Shown: positions 10,537 to 20,670 of the stretch, piece by piece
How the letters are laid out: every line of letters begins with the position of its first letter
Numbering within the stretch: the first letter of the stretch is position 1
Origin: a virus
IMG/VR virus record: IMGVR_UViG_3300012953_006686
Location: 29,700-93,699 of that record
DNA length: 64,000 nucleotides
Reading direction: 5' to 3' (one strand)
The notes under the pieces: model-generated
Told to the model about the DNA's origin: nothing
Database searches by the model: none
Seen by the model: only the letters and a program-made list of their open reading frames with translations
Made by a program: the position numbers and the translations under genes

Positions 10537-10789
10537 ATTTTGCTTCCTTGGCTTTCTTTTTTTCTTCTTCAAGAATTTCTTTGTTTGATTCGATATATTC
10601 TTTAGTTAATTGACCAATCTTTGTTGAATCTTGTGGCTCTTCTTTTATTATTTGTGGAGTGGTGAGGGCTCTATACATTTCTGCCGGTATATCACAATCA
10701 TTGCAAAAATACTTCGGACTTTCACTGAACAAGTGAAACTTTATTTGCTCAAGCCCGCATTCTTCACACACATAACGATATCTCGGCAT
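10523..10789 (-). CDS. FmdB-like zinc-ribbon protein
   Basis: MPRYRYVCEECG ... CNDC. Confidence 0.75.
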   Translation of the reverse strand: MPRYRYVCEECGLEQIKFHLFSESPKYFCNDCDIPAEMYRALTTPQIIKEEPQDSTKIGQLTKEYIESNKEILEEEKKKAKEAKYDAS

Positions 10790-11013
10790 TACTTAACCAT
10801 ATTTTTTAGATTCTCTTCAGTGATCGGCTGATTGTTGCTCACTCTTACAGTCGGAGGATTTTTTACTACCAAGCCTTCCGATGTCTCTGTTAATTCAAAA
10901 CCCTTTAAAATTGGTACAATGTCCAACTCGTTTAACAATGACTCTTGTAAAGCCATCATAATAGCTCCGAGAGCTTGGTTAGACAATTTTAGTTCTTTTG
11001 TCTGTGTTGCCAT
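10789..11013 (-). CDS. Hypothetical protein
   Basis: SD AGGAG upstream; tightly packed in the operon. Confidence 0.7.
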   Translation of the reverse strand: MATQTKELKLSNQALGAIMMALQESLLNELDIVPILKGFELTETSEGLVVKNPPTVRVSNNQPITEENLKNMVK

Positions 11014-11015
11014 AA

Positions 11016-11384
11016 TTAATCTCCTTTAATAATTCTGTGGCTATCGCTGTCAAAATGTTCGGTAGAGAATTCAAACAATTCGCTATCTTCTAGTGCCACC
11101 ATTTGATGTCTCAATCCGGTTGGTACGTGAAATTTTTCGCCGGCGTTTAAGATAATTTGATTTGCTTGTTCAATATCATCATTCATAGAATAGTAAACAA
11201 TCATCTTACCAGATTGTAAGTAAAAAACTTCATCTTTAATCTTATGAAAATGCCAAGAACATCGCTTGCCTTTGTTAAAAAATAAAAGCTTACCGCAGTA
11301 CTCAGAACAATTTACAATCCAACGTTCCCAACCCCAGCCCTTTGGTACGTGCTTCATCGGTAACGGCTGCTTTTTTTTACTCAT
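11016..11384 (-). CDS. Cupin-fold sugar isomerase/epimerase-like protein
   Basis: Cupin metal motifs SWHFHKIKDEVF and HVPTGLRHQM, plus KGWGWE. Confidence 0.8.
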   Translation of the reverse strand: MSKKKQPLPMKHVPKGWGWERWIVNCSEYCGKLLFFNKGKRCSWHFHKIKDEVFYLQSGKMIVYYSMNDDIEQANQIILNAGEKFHVPTGLRHQMVALEDSELFEFSTEHFDSDSHRIIKGD

Positions 11385-11725
11385 ATATCTTTTCTCATTT
11401 GTTCAAAAAAATGAATGTCTCTCATTCCTTTATCATCAACGTATAAGCCACCGGCAGGCTTTCCTAAAAATAGTTGATGATATTTAACACCCCAACTATT
11501 TAGCTGATTAGCTGTAAAATCATAAAACATTTCTATAGCTTTTTCTGCATCATTTTCAAATCTTCCCATTCCTCTCGCTGTTTGAAAAATAATAGTATTT
11601 CCTTCATCATATAATCTATTGACAATTCTAACACGATCGGCAATTGGTTTTGAATTTTCATAATTGCTATCGGAAAATTCATCTTTAGCACAGATAGTGC
11701 CGTCAATATCAAATACATAAATCAT
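11381..11725 (-). CDS. HAD-family phosphatase (capsule-biosynthesis type)
   Basis: FDIDGT, TARG and GKP...YVDDK motifs. Confidence 0.8.
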   Translation of the reverse strand: MIYVFDIDGTICAKDEFSDSNYENSKPIADRVRIVNRLYDEGNTIIFQTARGMGRFENDAEKAIEMFYDFTANQLNSWGVKYHQLFLGKPAGGLYVDDKGMRDIHFFEQMRKDI

Positions 11726-12111
11726 TGGTTCTCCAGTATATTCGTGGTTGAATACCCCTCTATTCTATCAAAAAATTTCAGTTCTGTGCAATATTGCTCG
11801 CCTACAACAGTTTTACCTTTCCAATCTGAGCCTATAACCATAACATCTGGCTGCAGTTGTCTTATTTCTTGTTCTAACTGTTCTGTTGAATCAAAAACAA
11901 TAACTTCGTCAATATATTTAATGCAGTCTAAAGCAAACTTTCTATCTTCAATATTATTGAAGGGGCGATCGGAGCCTTTATCTTTTCTAACTTTCTCATC
12001 GGAGTCTATTCCTACAATTAATTGCTCACCAAAAGACTTGGCATACTTAAACATTTCGAAGTGGCCACGATGTAATATATCAAAACAACCATTTGTCCAA
12101 ACAATTTTCAT
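11722..12111 (-). CDS. hldC: Heptose-1-phosphate nucleotidyltransferase (HldE C-terminal/HldC-like)
   Basis: WTNGCFDILHRGH (HIGH motif), KGxxRP and GYSTT. Confidence 0.8.
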   Translation of the reverse strand: MKIVWTNGCFDILHRGHFEMFKYAKSFGEQLIVGIDSDEKVRKDKGSDRPFNNIEDRKFALDCIKYIDEVIVFDSTEQLEQEIRQLQPDVMVIGSDWKGKTVVGEQYCTELKFFDRIEGYSTTNILENQ

Positions 12112-12857
12112 ATGACAGAAACGCCTTTTTTTTGAACTACAACAGTTGCTTTGTCGTTAGCAAATTTTATTGCGCTGTCGATGTCTTTAGTTTTAGCATA
12201 TTCTAAAGCCAATGCGGCTATAAACGTATCGCCGGCGCCTGATGTGTCTTTGATTTCTACTTTAGGTACGGGATATACTTCTTCTAGATATTTGGCGCCG
12301 GCTGGACCAAGGGTAATAATCATTTTTGATTCCATTTTCTCGTCAAGCATGTGTCTTGTTCTATTGTGCTCAAACTCATTTATCTTAATGTATTTAATAT
12401 CAGAGCACCAGTCTCCTAAGATTTTTTTAGTATCTAAAAATGTGTTTTCGTGCTGTTGGGAAATATATTTAATATCTTGTTCGGATAGGTAGCCCTTATT
12501 ATAATCAGATATAACAACTACTTCAAACTGTGAAAAGTCTATTTCATCAAGATTATTACAGCGGTTTATCTGATCATCATTTTCATCAGTTCTTAAAATA
12601 ATATAGTTAGTTCTTCGATCAACATATCGAATCTTGTTTACACTTTCCCAATTAGCGTTAGTGCTTAGCGCTACCTCAACAGTATCGTTTGAAAGAGAAA
12701 TTATATTTCTGTACACGTTCATAGCCATGCCAGGATTAACACTGTACTCTTCGTTTGATAACTTAATTACCGGAACAGGCGCTTCGGGACACAGACGACT
12801 GCATTCACCATATCTATATATGTCGCGACAACTCTCGCCTATAACCAAAATGTTCAT
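12108..12857 (-). CDS. hldA: PfkB-family heptose-7-phosphate kinase (HldE N-terminal/HldA-like)
   Basis: RLCPEAPVPV, ISDYNKG and DTSGAGDTF. Confidence 0.8.
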   Translation of the reverse strand: MNILVIGESCRDIYRYGECSRLCPEAPVPVIKLSNEEYSVNPGMAMNVYRNIISLSNDTVEVALSTNANWESVNKIRYVDRRTNYIILRTDENDDQINRCNNLDEIDFSQFEVVVISDYNKGYLSEQDIKYISQQHENTFLDTKKILGDWCSDIKYIKINEFEHNRTRHMLDEKMESKMIITLGPAGAKYLEEVYPVPKVEIKDTSGAGDTFIAALALEYAKTKDIDSAIKFANDKATVVVQKKGVSVI

Positions 12858-14020
12858 TACGCACCTTTGACAATATTACAGATAAGCTCTATCTCTTCTT
12901 CGGTTAGTTCTGGGTAATTTGGTAAAAAGAACCCTCTCGCGTGGATATTATCACTGACCTCATCGCGGAACTCTTCATATAAATCAGTCCAAAATGGATG
13001 ACGACCAAGGTTGCCGGCGCTAAAGATTCTGGTTTCTACACCATTCTCCACCAAACGGGTTACTATTTCTTTACGATGCTCTGTGCTATCTGCAAGGGCG
13101 CCAAATGAGATTGAAACAGGGTTGCTGTCTCCCCATCTCTGAAACTCAACATAACCCTCTAGTTTCTCCGCGTAGAGGAGATGATTTTTATTACGTTGAG
13201 TGGCAGCCCAGTCTGCTTTTTGAACTTGTCTGATGCCCAGGAAAGCCTGCAAATCAGTAGATCTAAGGTTATACCCCGGTATGAAAAAAGTAAATGGAGA
13301 ATGAAAGTCATCAATATCATACTTGTCCATCAAGGCTTTTGAAGACTCTGGGCTTAAATCTTTGGCCCAACCGTGGCTTCTAAGCATTAGAAGCATTTCG
13401 TACAATTCATGGTCGCTAGTATTAACCATACCACCCTCAATCGTAGAAAGCTGATGTCCAAAGTAAAATGAGAATGATGACATGTCTCCAATAGTTCCAA
13501 CCATTGAGCCATCGTCATAAGAGGCGCCTAAAGCTGCGCAGGCATCTTCCAAGAGAATAAACCCATACTTTTCTTTAAGTGCTAAAAGACGCTCTTTGTG
13601 ATGAGGTACTCCTAAAACCTGCACAAAAATAACTGCATCCGGTCTTTCTGTTTCGCAGATCTGTTCTAACTGATCGAGATCTATTCCATATGTATCTGGA
13701 TCTGCACCGCACATAATTGGTGTCAAGCCAAGCTGCATGGCTGGTGAAAGTGTTGTTACCCAACCTACTGATGGTACTACAATCTTTTTGTTGGGAATCT
13801 TGCCGCACTGTACGGCCGCCGATACCATCAATAAGTTTGCAGATGAGCCTGAGTTATTAAACACTGCGTAGTCAGTACCAATATACTTTGCCCAGTCTTC
13901 TTCCACATCCCAGGTCAATTGCCCCTTTGTAAGACGCGGATAGCTTTTAAGCCAAGTACACAACGCATCTATATCTTCATCGTTAATCGTTTCTTTTGCA
14001 AGAGGGTATTTGATATTCAT
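12857..14020 (-). CDS. colD: PLP-dependent DegT-family enzyme, ColD-like sugar 3-dehydratase
   Basis: NSGSSANLL and EDAC motifs. SFYFGHQLSTIEGG has His where aminotransferases have the PLP Lys, as in ColD/DdhC. Gmd and Fcl/ColC are nearby. Confidence 0.7.
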   Translation of the reverse strand: MNIKYPLAKETINDEDIDALCTWLKSYPRLTKGQLTWDVEEDWAKYIGTDYAVFNNSGSSANLLMVSAAVQCGKIPNKKIVVPSVGWVTTLSPAMQLGLTPIMCGADPDTYGIDLDQLEQICETERPDAVIFVQVLGVPHHKERLLALKEKYGFILLEDACAALGASYDDGSMVGTIGDMSSFSFYFGHQLSTIEGGMVNTSDHELYEMLLMLRSHGWAKDLSPESSKALMDKYDIDDFHSPFTFFIPGYNLRSTDLQAFLGIRQVQKADWAATQRNKNHLLYAEKLEGYVEFQRWGDSNPVSISFGALADSTEHRKEIVTRLVENGVETRIFSAGNLGRHPFWTDLYEEFRDEVSDNIHARGFFLPNYPELTEEEIELICNIVKGA

Positions 14021-14029
14021 TTTATAATC

Positions 14030-14584
14030 CTATAGTTTTGTAGCTTCAACGTTTAAGCTCATCAGCTTTCCGTTTGTTTTATCCATATGTGGAAGATACG
14101 CTTGACTGTAGTCATCCACATAAAAATGTTCAGTAGACTTCCAGTCATATGTTTTTACATCTCGAAAACCTAAATTAACTAATTCTTTTTCTAGTGTTTC
14201 AAATGACCATCCATGGTAATGAAAGTCAAAGTCATATTTCTGACCGCCATAGAAAAAAGCGCGCACAGAATCAAAGTCATTAGTCTTTAAATAATATTCA
14301 CAGGCTGCTTTAATATCTGGCACCGACAGTCTCAAAGTGCCTCCCGGCTTTAGTGCAGCATGCCAATTAGTTAAAACTTGCTTCCACGTAAGCGGTTGAA
14401 AGGGGAAGGGCTGTGTTGGAAAATGCTCAAGAACATGGCAGGCATAAATTAGATCCGCATTGTTATATTTCTCGTGAATTTTGGTAACGTCACACACCAT
14501 ATCTGGCTTGACATCTTCGCGAGCATCAACATTAATGAATCCGTGGAGCTTTCTATCACCACAGCCTAGATTTAATTTAATCAT
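14030..14584 (-). CDS. SAM-dependent methyltransferase (type 11-like)
   Basis: KLNLGCG, HVLEH and LKPGG.LRLSVPD. Confidence 0.8.
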   Translation of the reverse strand: MIKLNLGCGDRKLHGFINVDAREDVKPDMVCDVTKIHEKYNNADLIYACHVLEHFPTQPFPFQPLTWKQVLTNWHAALKPGGTLRLSVPDIKAACEYYLKTNDFDSVRAFFYGGQKYDFDFHYHGWSFETLEKELVNLGFRDVKTYDWKSTEHFYVDDYSQAYLPHMDKTNGKLMSLNVEATKL

Positions 14585-15555
14585 TAGAGTCTTTCCATCC
14601 AATAGTTTATCATTTCATCTATCATACTGTCAAATGTATAATCAAATTTTAAATCAATTACACTTGCAAGCTTTTTCGTGCAGCCTTTAAGATCGTTTAA
14701 TTCTGCTGGTCTGAGAAACCTAGGATCCTGCGTAACATGATCTTCATAATTCATACCAAGCTTGCTAAATGTAATTTCGCAAAACTCTCTTACGCTGTGA
14801 GATTGTCCTGTGGCACACACATAATCTCCGGGCTCATCTAGCTGGAGCAGTTGCCACATAATCTTTACATAATCCTTCGCGTGACCCCAGTCTCTAGTGC
14901 TATCCAAATTTCCAAGTGCTAGCTCGTTAGCCATACCCTTTTTAATCTTTACGGCGCCGATAACAATCTTGTTAGTTACAAAACTGATACCTCTACGAGG
15001 AGACTCATGGTTGAATAAAATTCCATTGGAGCCAAAGATATCATAAGATTCTCTATAACAATTCACTAAATTATACGCCAATAGCTTAGCACAAGCATAA
15101 GGGCTTACAGGGTTCATTGGAGTCGTCTCCCTTTGAAACCCGTCATTATCAATAGAGTTACCAAACATTTCTGAACTACTTGCTTGATACATTTTTGTAT
15201 CGATATCCAAAAGTCTAATGGTTTCTAGTAAGTTTAGCGTACCTCTTCCAATCGTATCAAGTGTGTAAATAGGCTGGTCAAAGCTTACACGAACGTGGCT
15301 TTGCGCTGCAAGATTGTAAATCTCATCAGGTTGCACTTGCTGTACTACAGACAAAAGCGAAGACATATCACACATATCAGCGTGATATAAGTTGTTCTTA
15401 ATAACTGGATAGATGTGCTGAATTCGTGCTGTTTGGTTTTCGGGAATCGAATTTCTCTTGATAATACCGTGAACATCATAGCCTTTCTCAACTAAAAATT
15501 CAGCTAGATAGGAACCATCTTGTCCGTTGATTCCCGTTATCAGTGCTCGTTTCAT
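14584..15555 (-). CDS. gmd: GDP-mannose 4,6-dehydratase
   Basis: ALITGINGQDGSYLAE, NLAAQSHV, QASSSEMFG, SPYACAK, NHESPRRG and RDWGHAKDY. Confidence 0.95.
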   Translation of the reverse strand: MKRALITGINGQDGSYLAEFLVEKGYDVHGIIKRNSIPENQTARIQHIYPVIKNNLYHADMCDMSSLLSVVQQVQPDEIYNLAAQSHVRVSFDQPIYTLDTIGRGTLNLLETIRLLDIDTKMYQASSSEMFGNSIDNDGFQRETTPMNPVSPYACAKLLAYNLVNCYRESYDIFGSNGILFNHESPRRGISFVTNKIVIGAVKIKKGMANELALGNLDSTRDWGHAKDYVKIMWQLLQLDEPGDYVCATGQSHSVREFCEITFSKLGMNYEDHVTQDPRFLRPAELNDLKGCTKKLASVIDLKFDYTFDSMIDEMINYWMERL

Positions 15556-16488
15556 CTACGATCTCACATTAGGATAAGTTTGTTCGAACCAAGTAACTGT
15601 CTTTTTCATTGCCTCACTTAAGTCAGTGTATACAAAGTCTGGCAAGATTTTATGAAATACTTCTTTGTTAGTTGGACGACGGAGCTGACCATTGGGCTTG
15701 TCCGTCAACCACTTAACATTGTGATAATCATAAGCATCGCAGACTAGTTTTACCAAGTCTTTGATTTGTGTTTCCTCTTGACCAGAAACAATCACTCTTC
15801 TAGGTAATTCTACATCACTTTCTAATAATTGTATACAGACGCGAGCTACATCTTTAGCATATAAAAACTCTCGATACGCGGAACCATCGCCCCAGACTTC
15901 TAAGGGTGTTCCGTTTTTCTTTGCATTGTAACACTTGTGCACCAATGATGGCACAACGTGACCATCTTCCAAGTTAAAATTATCGTTCTCTCCAAAAATA
16001 TTACCAGGAATCACGGAACAAAAGTTAGTGTTGTACTGTTGTTTATACGCGTGAATCTGGACATCTACCATTCGCTTTGAATATGCATACGAATAGTGCG
16101 CTGGGTACGGCTCTCCGTCGTGGAGAACATCTTCGTGCAAGCTTTCTGCGCCTGCAGGAAAGGCACACACAGAGGAAAACGCCAACAACTTATCAACGTT
16201 GTGCATGTGTGCATAATGAATAACAAAACTGTTCATTAAAATATTGCAGTAATACTGTTGTGCTGGTGATGATAGGTTACGCCCAATGCCACCAACGCGA
16301 GCGGCTGTGTGAATAACATAATCTGGTTTTGTTCTTTCAAAAAGAAGCTTGACTTCTTCTTCTTTAGTCAGATCGCACTCTTTGTGGGACGAAAATACAA
16401 AATCATAGTGAGGATATTCTGCCGCAAGGTCTGCAACCGCAGAGCCAACAAGACCGCCTTTTCCTGTTACTAATACTGTTTTCTTCAT
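15556..16488 (-). CDS. fcl: GDP-L-fucose synthase/ColC-like epimerase-reductase
   Basis: AARVGGI, SSVC, YAYSK, HVVPSL and WGDGSAYREFLY. Confidence 0.85.
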   Translation of the reverse strand: MKKTVLVTGKGGLVGSAVADLAAEYPHYDFVFSSHKECDLTKEEEVKLLFERTKPDYVIHTAARVGGIGRNLSSPAQQYYCNILMNSFVIHYAHMHNVDKLLAFSSVCAFPAGAESLHEDVLHDGEPYPAHYSYAYSKRMVDVQIHAYKQQYNTNFCSVIPGNIFGENDNFNLEDGHVVPSLVHKCYNAKKNGTPLEVWGDGSAYREFLYAKDVARVCIQLLESDVELPRRVIVSGQEETQIKDLVKLVCDAYDYHNVKWLTDKPNGQLRRPTNKEVFHKILPDFVYTDLSEAMKKTVTWFEQTYPNVRS

Positions 16489-17261
16489 TTCTTATCTCCA
16501 AATCTTCTTTTCCACACGGGATCGCTCTTCATCCAGTTATAATAATCAATCTTGATTCTTTCGGACTGATCTTCCATATAAACTTCGCGAAACAAAGGCG
16601 CATCGTTTGCGTGATAGGCCATTTGAACTGGCACGTGATCACCTTCTCCAGGATTCCAATCGCAGGTTAGAACAAGATTAGGGCTGAAGTGGAACTTGCT
16701 GCCATCCCTCTGCGCTCTAAACGCAAGGTCGTGCGTGTTCATATTCAGATGCTCCCAGCGGCAATCAAAGCCGCCAAGCTCTCGAAAATAGTTTAACTTA
16801 TACATAGCCAATAAATGAATTTGATAAGTCTTTGGTACCCCTGGTAGTCTTAGGTCGGGGTGTGTCCAAGCTGTCCAGTAACTATCGTCTGGGCAATTGC
16901 CGGAAATGTCACGACCTTCTGCGTACTTGACAATAACAATGTCTTTGTAAGGCAGCTCTTCGTGCATTTCAATACATTCTTTAATTGAGTCCTTTAAAAA
17001 GTATCCGTCATCGGATCCCCACATCATTAGTTCACCTTCAGCCAACAGAGTTGCAATCTGTCCACAGCGCGCCGGTGTTCCAAAGTCCTTAAAGAACTTG
17101 AAATTGCTCTTCTCTGCTAGCTCTGGTGGCGGTTCGTTGGGCCCAACTAAAACCATCTCCCAAGTATAGTCTTCTCCTACAGCTTCGCTAGCGCTATCAT
17201 ATAAGCGTTGCCATAATTGTGTTCGATGTGCCGGCAAACATATAGATAAGTCGTATTGCAT
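16485..17261 (-). CDS. GT-A fold (GT2-like) glycosyltransferase, paralogue 1
   Basis: SICLPAHR, DFGTPARC, SDDG, GGFDC and DLAFRAQ. Confidence 0.75.
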   Translation of the reverse strand: MQYDLSICLPAHRTQLWQRLYDSASEAVGEDYTWEMVLVGPNEPPPELAEKSNFKFFKDFGTPARCGQIATLLAEGELMMWGSDDGYFLKDSIKECIEMHEELPYKDIVIVKYAEGRDISGNCPDDSYWTAWTHPDLRLPGVPKTYQIHLLAMYKLNYFRELGGFDCRWEHLNMNTHDLAFRAQRDGSKFHFSPNLVLTCDWNPGEGDHVPVQMAYHANDAPLFREVYMEDQSERIKIDYYNWMKSDPVWKRRFGDKK

Positions 17262-18049
17262 TATTTAAATCTCCTTTTCCAGACAATGGGTGCTTCTTTC
17301 CAGTTGTCCATTTTAATCTTTGGTTTCACATTCATTGTCCAATTGGGGTCTCGGTACCGCTTTTGCAACAATGGTTCGTCATGCTGGTGCTGGCATTGGA
17401 AGATTGGCATATGATCTCCAGTGCCACCGGGCATATGATCGCAAGTAAACAGCGGAATCTGTGCCATTTTAACGCTTGCGCCGGCATATTGGGCGCGAAT
17501 TGCCATATCAGCGTGGGATGCCCATGTTCCTTCATAGCTACAGTCCCATCCTCCAAGCGAATTAAAGAACGATGAATACATAAACGCTATGTTAAACAGC
17601 CACCAGTCCCCCGGAATGTGCGGGGATCCTGCTGGTGTATGGTTAATTTTGAAATAACTATCGGGTTGAAGGGTTTCTCGCTCTCTGCTACCTACTTGAC
17701 CCTCAAAATACTTGGCTACAAGTACATTATTGCTAGCTGGACCAAGGTCATAAAACTCATCCACGCACTGATCAAGCGAATTTTCAAAGAAAAGACAGTC
17801 ATCTGCAAGCCAAGTGTATACATTTCCTTCACACAATGAGGCAGCAATGTTAGATGCGCGCACCGGTGAGCCGTAATCCTTAACATATTTGACGTTTCGC
17901 AGCTCTTTTAGTGCTTCTGGTAGTGGGTTTGGTCCGCAAATCACCAGCTCAAACGTCCTTTTAGTAGATGTTAGGATGGTTTCGTATAGTTTTTCAAGCC
18001 TTTCAGTGCGAATACTAGGCAGAATCAAAGAAATTTCAGGCTTATCCAT
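17261..18049 (-). CDS. GT2-like glycosyltransferase, paralogue 2
   Basis: SLILPSIR, DYGSPVRA, ADDC, GGWDCSYE and DMAIRAQ. Confidence 0.75.
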   Translation of the reverse strand: MDKPEISLILPSIRTERLEKLYETILTSTKRTFELVICGPNPLPEALKELRNVKYVKDYGSPVRASNIAASLCEGNVYTWLADDCLFFENSLDQCVDEFYDLGPASNNVLVAKYFEGQVGSRERETLQPDSYFKINHTPAGSPHIPGDWWLFNIAFMYSSFFNSLGGWDCSYEGTWASHADMAIRAQYAGASVKMAQIPLFTCDHMPGGTGDHMPIFQCQHQHDEPLLQKRYRDPNWTMNVKPKIKMDNWKEAPIVWKRRFK

Positions 18050-19061
18050 CTTCTTTTTGTCTCATATATTCAATAACTTCTCTAACAGAGTCCTCTAAAG
18101 GTATCTCTGCTTCAAATCCAAGCACTTCTTTCGCCTTTGATGTGTTAGGAATACGCTTTTGAACGTCATATTCGTAAGCTTTATCGGATACATATGCAAA
18201 TTCTTGACCAGGATTAAGTATATTCCACACTAATTCCGACAATTCAAGCACAGAAGTCGCTACAGGGGTCGAAATATTGAAGTCCTCATTGAGTGCTTTT
18301 TCGCTTTCTAGAGCCATTCTAATGCCCCTAGCGATGTCTAAACCATTAGTATAACACCTAATCTGCTGTCCAGAGCCCAAAATATGCAGCGGATTCTGTC
18401 CTTTTAGAATTTTGTTGATAATGTCGGGCAAAACGTGACTCATCATAAGTTTAATGTTACCTGACTTGACTTCGTGCTCTCCGATGGCGTCTTCTTCGCC
18501 AACACCGACACAATTGAAGGGTCGAATGATTGTATAAGGGACACCATATTGTTCGTGGGCTCCTTTGCAGAAATATTCAACAGCTAGCTTTTGAAATCCG
18601 TATGTACTCATTGGAGGAGCACAAGTTTCAACGTTGCTTTCTGGGGTTGGGTAGACTTCCGTGTTCTCAAATACCATGCTACTTGACATAGCAACGATGC
18701 GTTTAAGAATCCCTTGTTCGTGAAGCTTAATAGCCAAGTCAAATGTCGATGCCATAATGCGCTCATTAGTGGCCAAAAGATCATAAGCGTACTTGTGAAA
18801 ATAAGTAATGCCACCAATCATTGCGGCACCCGAAATAATGTACTCTACATCTTGTAGTTCTGGTAAAATATTCTCTGCATCAAAATCTATGACATCCATT
18901 TCGATTAGTTGAAAATTAGGATGACTATCGTGCGGTCTTGTAATGGGTCCATACTTTGAAAAGTTATCAACTCCGACAACTTGGTAGCCCTTATTTAAAA
19001 ACTCAGCACATAAATATGAGCCGATAAATCCTTGACTTCCTGTAATTAATACTTTACTCAC
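18042..19061 (-). CDS. NAD-dependent nucleotide-sugar epimerase/dehydratase
   Basis: TGSQGFIG, YGFQK (YxxxK) and RPFN. Confidence 0.85.
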   Translation of the reverse strand: MSKVLITGSQGFIGSYLCAEFLNKGYQVVGVDNFSKYGPITRPHDSHPNFQLIEMDVIDFDAENILPELQDVEYIISGAAMIGGITYFHKYAYDLLATNERIMASTFDLAIKLHEQGILKRIVAMSSSMVFENTEVYPTPESNVETCAPPMSTYGFQKLAVEYFCKGAHEQYGVPYTIIRPFNCVGVGEEDAIGEHEVKSGNIKLMMSHVLPDIINKILKGQNPLHILGSGQQIRCYTNGLDIARGIRMALESEKALNEDFNISTPVATSVLELSELVWNILNPGQEFAYVSDKAYEYDVQKRIPNTSKAKEVLGFEAEIPLEDSVREVIEYMRQKEDG

Positions 19062-19843
19062 TTTCTCATTCCTTTAAAAACTGTTACTTTATATTTGCTG
19101 TTCTCGTCCAGTAAATCTTCAAAAAAATCAACTGCTGTGTCTTCCATTAATTTTGCCATCGCAGACACATCCTTTGGCAAGCACATTCCTCCGAAACCTC
19201 TGAAGTTGTCGTTACACTCTAGATAATTGCTGTGAATATGCTTGCGGTTTACGACAGCGTTTTTAACGTTGGTGTAGTTTACACCCTGCATCTTGCAGGC
19301 TTCATAGAAACTGTTAGCAAAGATGATGAGCATTGCGTTATAGACATTGTTGAAATACTTGCAAAACTCAGCTTCCGCAACAGAAAGCCTAACAAACTTC
19401 TCAGGGAACGATCCGTGACAATCTTTAAGTATTTTATATGTCATATCATCTTCACAGCCAATAATACACACATCGTGATTCTCTGTAAAGTCTGTGATTG
19501 CGCAACGTTCGCGAAGAAACTCTGGGACAAAGCAGATGTTAAGTCCGGTTTCTTCTCTCAGTCTCTCGGTGGTTCCCGGCACGACTGTTGACTTAATCGC
19601 AAGAATTCCTTTGTAATCTCGTTCTTTTAAGTCCGAGATGACCTGCTCTACGATTGATACATCGCAAGAGCCGTCATCTGCTCTCGGCGAGGGAACACAA
19701 ATAAAAACTGCGGCAGTGTCGAGCACATCATCAATGGTTGTATCTAGCGCAATATCGTGCACCGATACATTGTGACCTAAAAGCTCAAAGCCAAACTTGC
19801 AAGCACCCCCAACAACTCCAACCCCTACAACTCCGATATTCAT
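19058..19843 (-). CDS. ugd: UDP-glucose/GDP-mannose 6-dehydrogenase family, lacking the C-terminal domain
   Basis: GVGVVG, KSTVVPGT, PEFLRE, AEFCKYFNN and GFGGMCLPKD; only 261 aa. Confidence 0.8.
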   Translation of the reverse strand: MNIGVVGVGVVGGACKFGFELLGHNVSVHDIALDTTIDDVLDTAAVFICVPSPRADDGSCDVSIVEQVISDLKERDYKGILAIKSTVVPGTTERLREETGLNICFVPEFLRERCAITDFTENHDVCIIGCEDDMTYKILKDCHGSFPEKFVRLSVAEAEFCKYFNNVYNAMLIIFANSFYEACKMQGVNYTNVKNAVVNRKHIHSNYLECNDNFRGFGGMCLPKDVSAMAKLMEDTAVDFFEDLLDENSKYKVTVFKGMRK

Positions 19844-20670
19844 TCGTACCCCAAGTCCTTGTAGCTCTGTGGCAGTTTACCATCCTTGAACTCAAAGCGG
19901 CGCTTCCAAATTGGAGAAGCCTGCTGCCAGTTATCAAGGTCTAAGTGAATGCGACTTGCGGCTGCATTTGGCTGCATATAAATTTCATCGAACTTTGGCT
20001 TATCTGAAAATGTCTGTGCGTCATAAATTGGCGCGTGATCTTTAGTCTTGTTAATATAGTGATTACAAGTAGTTGCATCAGTTTCTGAATCAAATAGCTT
20101 GCCACCATCTGCTTGCACCCTGAACATAAGATCGTGCAGGGGATGGTTAATATATTCAAACTGACAATCCCAACCGCCAAGCTCCTTAAAATAATCCATT
20201 CTCATAAAATGGTGAAGGGAAATCTTGTATTCTTGTGGAATTCCTGGGAGTCTAAGCTCTCCGTGCGCATGCGCAGTCCAGAATCCTGGATGGAGTGTCT
20301 GTCCGCCATACATTGCGCCTTCTCTATAGCGCATATTTACGACATCTTTGTCAGATCCAAAGTCTCTCAAGAACCTCACCGCGTTGTCAATTGCATCAGG
20401 CAAAAAAATCGCATCATCTACACAGTGATACATATACTCGCCCTCGCACTGTAGCGCGCCGATCTGCGCAGCTCTAGTTGGTGCACCATAATCTTTGATA
20501 AGTTTAACGTTGTCAAAATGCTGCATCTCAGGTGGTAAATCAAATGGACTCACCAACACAAGTTCCCACGTATGGTTCTTGCAAGCGTTATATAGGCTTC
20601 CGTACATCATAAGCCATTGGTGTGTTCTAATTGCCGGCATCAATACCGAAACATCATATTTATAGGTCAT
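19840..20670 (-). CDS. GT2-like glycosyltransferase, paralogue 3
   Basis: SVLMPAIR, DYGAPTRA, VDDA and GGWDCQFE. Confidence 0.75.
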   Translation of the reverse strand: MTYKYDVSVLMPAIRTHQWLMMYGSLYNACKNHTWELVLVSPFDLPPEMQHFDNVKLIKDYGAPTRAAQIGALQCEGEYMYHCVDDAIFLPDAIDNAVRFLRDFGSDKDVVNMRYREGAMYGGQTLHPGFWTAHAHGELRLPGIPQEYKISLHHFMRMDYFKELGGWDCQFEYINHPLHDLMFRVQADGGKLFDSETDATTCNHYINKTKDHAPIYDAQTFSDKPKFDEIYMQPNAAASRIHLDLDNWQQASPIWKRRFEFKDGKLPQSYKDLGYE

